Of a stretch of 64,000 bases of DNA, positions 59,044 through 64,000 are shown in pieces. The notes beneath the pieces were generated by a model. That model was not told the DNA's origin, did not search any database, and saw nothing but the letters and a program-made list of their open reading frames with translations. Position numbers and translations under genes: made by a program. Source of the stretch: Promethearchaeota archaeon (GTDB lineage Archaea; Asgardarchaeota; Lokiarchaeia; Sigyniarchaeales; SOKP01); assembly GCA_048940445.1 (NCBI GenBank), contig JBHLON010000003.1, forward strand, positions 50,626 through 114,625. Reading direction: 5' to 3'. How positions within the stretch are numbered: the stretch's first letter is position 1; each line of letters starts with the position of its first letter.

Positions 59044-61866
59044 ATGATTACTGATGAGAAAGATCATGAAAATCTCGAAACACAGCTCCAACTTTTTATG
59101 GATACTGTAGATGATTTAATACTCATAATTGATACATCAGATGAATTAAGATTAGAATACGTTAATAAATGTTCTTTTTTATACAAATTAGGATATTCTT
59201 CTGTTGATTTAATAGGACAGCCATTTTTAAGTATTATCTCTCCAGAGGATATTAAGAAAGCTATAAGAACCCTAAAGAAAGGAACCGAACTTCCTGATAG
59301 AATTCAAGAACTTAAAGTTAGAGGCTCAAAAGACGAGCTGATCTGGGTTGCACTTAGGTCAAAAAAGTTTAAATTAGACAACGGATCTAAGAAATATTTC
59401 GTAATAATAAAGGATATTTCAAGAAGGAAAAATTTAGAGGAACAATTAAGACTGAATGAAGACCGATTTAAAAAAATAACCGAAACGATACCAGAAATTC
59501 GCTTTTGGAAGCTATTCAATCCCAAAAAATATGAAGAAGCATTACAGAGCTCCTATGAAATGCTTGAAATGGTTATGGAAAATATTCCTCAATATATTTT
59601 CTGGAAAGATACTGAACTAAATTATCAAGGCTGTAATGATAATTATGCAAAATTGATAGGAATTGATCATCCTGACAATATAATTAATAAAAAAGATGAA
59701 GAGCTTCCTTGGACACCAAAAGATATAAGTGATATTCAAAAACATGAACGTAAAGTTATAGAATCAAGAAAACCGGAATTACATGTTATTAATCCTTGGA
59801 TTTTAATTAATGGTAATGAAGTATGGTTTGATATTAATAGGATTCCCTTATATGACTCTGAAGAAAAAGTTGTGGGAGTTTTAGTATCGTTTGAAGATGT
59901 CACAGAAAGAATTATTGCTGAACAAAATTTAAAAGAATCAGAAGAAAAGTATCGTCATTTGATTGAAAGTTCACCATATTCCATCCTTCTTTTTGATAAG
60001 AAAGGGATAATTATTGATTATAATTCAACCACAGAAAAATTGTTTGGATATACTAAAGAGGATTTTATAGGAAGATCATATGAAGAATTACCTCTTGCTC
60101 CAATAGAAGTTTTTTCTATTTTAAATAAAAAGTTTCTTAAATTATATAGAGGAGAACAAATTGAATCAACTGAATTCCAGGTATATCGAAAGAACGGAAC
60201 AATTGCGTGGGTTAATACAGATTTAACTTTAATTCAATTGGCAGATAAAACCTACTTCCAAGCAATTTCACAAGATATTACTGACAAAAAAGAAACTGAA
60301 GAAAAATATCGCGATTTATTAGAAACTTCAACAGTTGGTATTTTGGAATATGATGAAATTAACAAAAGTCTCTCTTATATCAATCCAAAATTGTTGGAAA
60401 TTATAGGATATGAAGATATCGGAGGTGTGAATCAGGATTTAAGGGATAAAATAATTCATCCTGATGACATTGAAAAAGTATTTGAGTCAACTGATGAAAA
60501 AGATTTAGAATTCCGAATATCTTCTAAAGATGAGAAGGAAAAATGGTTACAAGGAAAAAGAACAAATCAATATGATGATAAAGGTAATCTAATGAGCTTT
60601 AGAATGTGGTTAGAAGATGTAACTGAAAAAAAAATATACGAAAAATTAATCTATGAATTAAATATTGATTTTCTAAGCTTTTCTACAGAAATTCAAAATA
60701 ATATTATCTCATTACTTAAAACCTGCAATAAATTAATAAATGGTACTTTAGCTTTATACATCAATAAAACTATAACTAAAGATGAAATCCAATATAAAGT
60801 AATATCATCCAAAGGGGAGACATTTAATTACTCTAATAAGGAATTAAAGAATGAACCTTTTATTTTTGAGTTATTCAGAGAAAGTCATGACTTTCCTCAA
60901 ACTTCTTATAGTATCAATGAAACAGATTATGCTAAAACCGACGAAATGATCAAGAAATACAAAATCAAGGCAAGTTATAGTAAGCTAATTAAGTCTGGGG
61001 AAGAGTATAATGATGCATTGTGTGTACTTTATCAAACTAATCCCATCCTTACTAATCAGGATAAATTAGTCCTGTTTTTAATTAGTGATGCAATTGAAAT
61101 TGAAAAGAGAAGATGGGAAGTACAACAACATCTGGAAGAACAAAATAAAATGTTAAGCGAGATTAACAAATTAAAAACAGGTTTATTAACCAGAACTTCC
61201 CATGAGTTAAAAACTCCTCTTATCTCTATCAAAGGTTTTACAGAACTCTTATTAACTCTTCACAAAAGTAAATTAGATGATGAAATAAAATCTATTTTGG
61301 AAGAGATTAAGGAGGGCAGTAAACGGCTTGAACTGTATATCAATTCTATTGTAGAAAGTTCACAATTAGATCAAGGACTATTAACATTAAATACTTCGAA
61401 AGACGATTTATCATCTATTATTAGATATTGTGTTGAACAATTAAGAGGAACTGCAGAATTAAGAAAGCAGAAAATTGAAGTAAAGGCTGAGAAAAACTTA
61501 ATTACAACTTTCGATAAAGAGAGAATTTATGAAGTTCTCGCTAATTTGTTAATAAATGCAATAAAATATACTCCTCTAAATGGGCATATTGAAATTAAGA
61601 CTTCTAAAGAAGATGGGTTTTATATAATTTCTGTAAAAGATAATGGCATTGGTATAACTGAGAGCGAAAAAAAACAACTTTTTAAACAATTTGGAAAAAT
61701 CGAACGATATGGGCAAGGTTGGGATGTGGGTATTGAAGGAACAGGTTTAGGTTTATATATCTCAAAGGAAATTATAGATCTCCATGGTGGTAAAATTTGG
61801 GTTGAATCTAAAGGGAGAAATAAAGGAAGTACATTTAATTTTTCTATTCCAATCTTAAATAAGTAA
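59044..61866 (+). CDS. Cytoplasmic multi-PAS sensor histidine kinase
   Basis: About 4 PAS/PAC domains, SHELKTPL, NLLINAIKY, DNGIGI, GTGLGL. Confidence 0.95.
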   Translation: MITDEKDHENLETQLQLFMDTVDDLILIIDTSDELRLEYVNKCSFLYKLGYSSVDLIGQPFLSIISPEDIKKAIRTLKKGTELPDRIQELKVRGSKDELIWVALRSKKFKLDNGSKKYFVIIKDISRRKNLEEQLRLNEDRFKKITETIPEIRFWKLFNPKKYEEALQSSYEMLEMVMENIPQYIFWKDTELNYQGCNDNYAKLIGIDHPDNIINKKDEELPWTPKDISDIQKHERKVIESRKPELHVINPWILINGNEVWFDINRIPLYDSEEKVVGVLVSFEDVTERIIAEQNLKESEEKYRHLIESSPYSILLFDKKGIIIDYNSTTEKLFGYTKEDFIGRSYEELPLAPIEVFSILNKKFLKLYRGEQIESTEFQVYRKNGTIAWVNTDLTLIQLADKTYFQAISQDITDKKETEEKYRDLLETSTVGILEYDEINKSLSYINPKLLEIIGYEDIGGVNQDLRDKIIHPDDIEKVFESTDEKDLEFRISSKDEKEKWLQGKRTNQYDDKGNLMSFRMWLEDVTEKKIYEKLIYELNIDFLSFSTEIQNNIISLLKTCNKLINGTLALYINKTITKDEIQYKVISSKGETFNYSNKELKNEPFIFELFRESHDFPQTSYSINETDYAKTDEMIKKYKIKASYSKLIKSGEEYNDALCVLYQTNPILTNQDKLVLFLISDAIEIEKRRWEVQQHLEEQNKMLSEINKLKTGLLTRTSHELKTPLISIKGFTELLLTLHKSKLDDEIKSILEEIKEGSKRLELYINSIVESSQLDQGLLTLNTSKDDLSSIIRYCVEQLRGTAELRKQKIEVKAEKNLITTFDKERIYEVLANLLINAIKYTPLNGHIEIKTSKEDGFYIISVKDNGIGITESEKKQLFKQFGKIERYGQGWDVGIEGTGLGLYISKEIIDLHGGKIWVESKGRNKGSTFNFSIPILNK

Positions 61867-61876
61867 AAAAGTTGTT

Positions 61877-62932
61877 TTATTTATTTTTTATCGAAAATTC
61901 TAAAATCAAATGACGTCTATCTCGAATACCCTTCATTTTTCGAGCAGCAGCAGCATTAGCTTCATTATCTGCACCTACTGGCCAAGAACCCCACCTTAAG
62001 CCTCTTTTATAAACATTCATAGAAGTACAACCATACATAAGCATTGCAAGCCCAGAACGCCTATGATCTGGGTGCACTACCCAATCATGGAAGCTTGCAG
62101 AATCAATCCGGTTTCTCTTATCTCTTGAGAAAGGATTAGGCACAATAAAACCACAAGCTACCATTTTATGTGTAGGTTTGTGATAAACAATCCATATATA
62201 GTGTTCTGATCCGAATTCATAAATAAATTCTATATGCACTTGGGTATTGATTGGATTTAAAGGACTAATTTGAGCCGATGCTGGCATGAATTTTAGATGT
62301 AACTCTACAATATCATCAACAACTTTCCATATTTCATTTTTTTTTGGATTCTTATATTCATAACTGGAAAAATCATAATAAGAACCATTTTTTTTTTTTA
62401 ATTTATATGGATTTAATTTAATTGTAATTACATCGTATCTATCTTCTTTAAATTTTACATAGAATCCTTTTTCTAAGAATTCGCGTTGATAAATTGGGGG
62501 ATTTGTTGGGCAACAAATAAATAAAGATTTATTACTACCTTCTGCCATGAATCCCCAACCAAAAATCACAGCAGGTATATTTACTGGTCCTCTGATGTAA
62601 TTATAATCATTTTTTTTAGCATATTCAATTAATTGAGTAATTAAAAATTTAATTTTTTCCTTCTCATGATCAAATACTCCAAAAAAGCCAAAAAATAATT
62701 TATCCGCTCCATCATCATAAATAATTGTAATCCCTTGAGTATTATCTACTTTCTCACCAAAAATATCATTATGTAAGGTTTTTTCTAATAATAAAGCCTT
62801 TACATTATAGGCTCTGAAAGTTTTTAAAATATATTTTTCGAATTCTGGCAAAATGGGAATTGAAGTCCCTAAATATAAATATTTAAGAATTTCATTATGA
62901 TTTTCTAATATCTTAACTTTTAAATCCTTCAT
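61877..62932 (-). CDS. GNAT-fold (YghO-like) protein
   Basis: FFGFF, IRGPVN, NPPIY, VVHPDHRRSGLA acetyl-CoA motif. Confidence 0.8.
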   Translation of the reverse strand: MKDLKVKILENHNEILKYLYLGTSIPILPEFEKYILKTFRAYNVKALLLEKTLHNDIFGEKVDNTQGITIIYDDGADKLFFGFFGVFDHEKEKIKFLITQLIEYAKKNDYNYIRGPVNIPAVIFGWGFMAEGSNKSLFICCPTNPPIYQREFLEKGFYVKFKEDRYDVITIKLNPYKLKKKNGSYYDFSSYEYKNPKKNEIWKVVDDIVELHLKFMPASAQISPLNPINTQVHIEFIYEFGSEHYIWIVYHKPTHKMVACGFIVPNPFSRDKRNRIDSASFHDWVVHPDHRRSGLAMLMYGCTSMNVYKRGLRWGSWPVGADNEANAAAARKMKGIRDRRHLILEFSIKNK

Positions 62933-63020
62933 TATTACTTACTAGAATGTTCTAATAATAAGTAATTAACTTTTCTTTATTTAAAATAGACTGATATTTT
63001 CTTGAATACCTGATAAGTAT

Positions 63021-63728
63021 CTATAATTTATGTATAATCCCATAATAAATAAATATCCCTGAAGGAACTACAATAAAAAAAACTAGGAATGCCCATATCG
63101 TTCTAAAAATTACATTATACCAAGTGTTAAAAAGTATTAATCCATAAAAAGCAATGAACATTCCAATTATTCCTACGAAGAAATATAAAAATCTCTTTCT
63201 CAATTTTTTGTCAGCGAATGATTTATATAACTTAAGAGATAAGATTAATGAGGGAACAAATATCGCTGATGAAAAGAAAATATACATGGTAATAAAGAAC
63301 GGAAAACTAAATATTGGAGACCAATCCGTACTTTCACTTATAGTTATACCACCTGGTAAAAATAAAATTATTAAACCTATAGAAATGTAAATAAGAATAA
63401 TAATAATTTGCCTTTTAGATGAATGATAAGGCTTTATGTTAGTTAAATTAAGCATAAAAATGATTAGAAAAATAAACCCGCTTAAAGTGCAGAATGCAGA
63501 GAAATAATAGAGAATATACCCAATGATACTCGTGCTTAAAAGTAGAAAAATGAGACTTAGTAAAAATCCAGTAGCAGGTAAGAAATAAAATAAACTTAAA
63601 GTTAAATTCATTCGATTAAAATTTCTTCTTAAAATTTTAAAGGATAAGAAATACAATAATAATGAAATAAATGAATGCATCAAAAGGACAATAAGAATTC
63701 TCACAATTTCAAATCCTTGGAATATCAA
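63021..63728 (-). CDS. 7-TM membrane protein (HisKA-7TM-like sensor domain, stand-alone)
   Basis: About 7 hydrophobic helices, basic loop KKLRKR. Confidence 0.65.
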   Translation of the reverse strand: MIFQGFEIVRILIVLLMHSFISLLLYFLSFKILRRNFNRMNLTLSLFYFLPATGFLLSLIFLLLSTSIIGYILYYFSAFCTLSGFIFLIIFMLNLTNIKPYHSSKRQIIIILIYISIGLIILFLPGGITISESTDWSPIFSFPFFITMYIFFSSAIFVPSLILSLKLYKSFADKKLRKRFLYFFVGIIGMFIAFYGLILFNTWYNVIFRTIWAFLVFFIVVPSGIFIYYGIIHKL

Positions 63729-64000
63729 ACAATCACATAATAATATTTTTTATTATTATTATAATGTATTTCTATTCTTTATAAAATTACTTTTCACTGA
63801 TATTGTTAGAGTGTTTTAAAGGTATTAAATGAATAATTACACTCGATATTCAATTAATATTAATTAAAATTAAATTCAAAAGATTTCATTTTAAGATAAT
63901 CATAACCAACAACTTTCGGAGCTTTTACCATTTGTTTTATTTTTAAAATACCACTAAATATAATCTCATATGCTAAATAAGATGCATTTAATCTAACAAT

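Noticed and set aside
380-63390. Numerous short antisense or overlapping ORFs in the six-frame track (e.g. 380-589, 13112-13423, 54710-55000)
   Set aside because: They are shadows of well-supported genes on another frame or strand and carry no motifs.

Overview
AT-rich archaeal chromosomal window, most likely from an Asgard archaeon of the Lokiarchaeia type. This is inferred from Loki-CTERM-like IPGY/ISGY-TM-basic tails, an Arf/Rag-like small GTPase, beta-helix surface proteins, and AOR, corrinoid and Fwd metabolism. It holds housekeeping genes (hypD, hypF, purF, mobA, fwdA, cysS, tRNA-Cys, cysK, cysE), two tungsten AOR-family enzymes, a corrinoid/methyltransferase pair, two-component signalling genes and many accessory genes. 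The main finding is that fwdA (12371-14152) is interrupted by two 30-nt insertions, each folding into a bulge-helix-bulge (BHB) splice motif. Cutting at the canonical tRNA-endonuclease positions restores conserved FwdA motifs and removes an in-frame TGA, so these are candidate EndA-spliced mRNA introns. A third 30-nt BHB intron sits in the T-loop of tRNA-Cys, and a free-standing LAGLIDADG gene abuts fwdA. Also notable are a DppB-DppC fusion lacking both EAA loops and a receiver domain fused to a longin/uDENN-like domain next to a small GTPase. All calls come from motif recognition and manual base-pairing; no searches were run.
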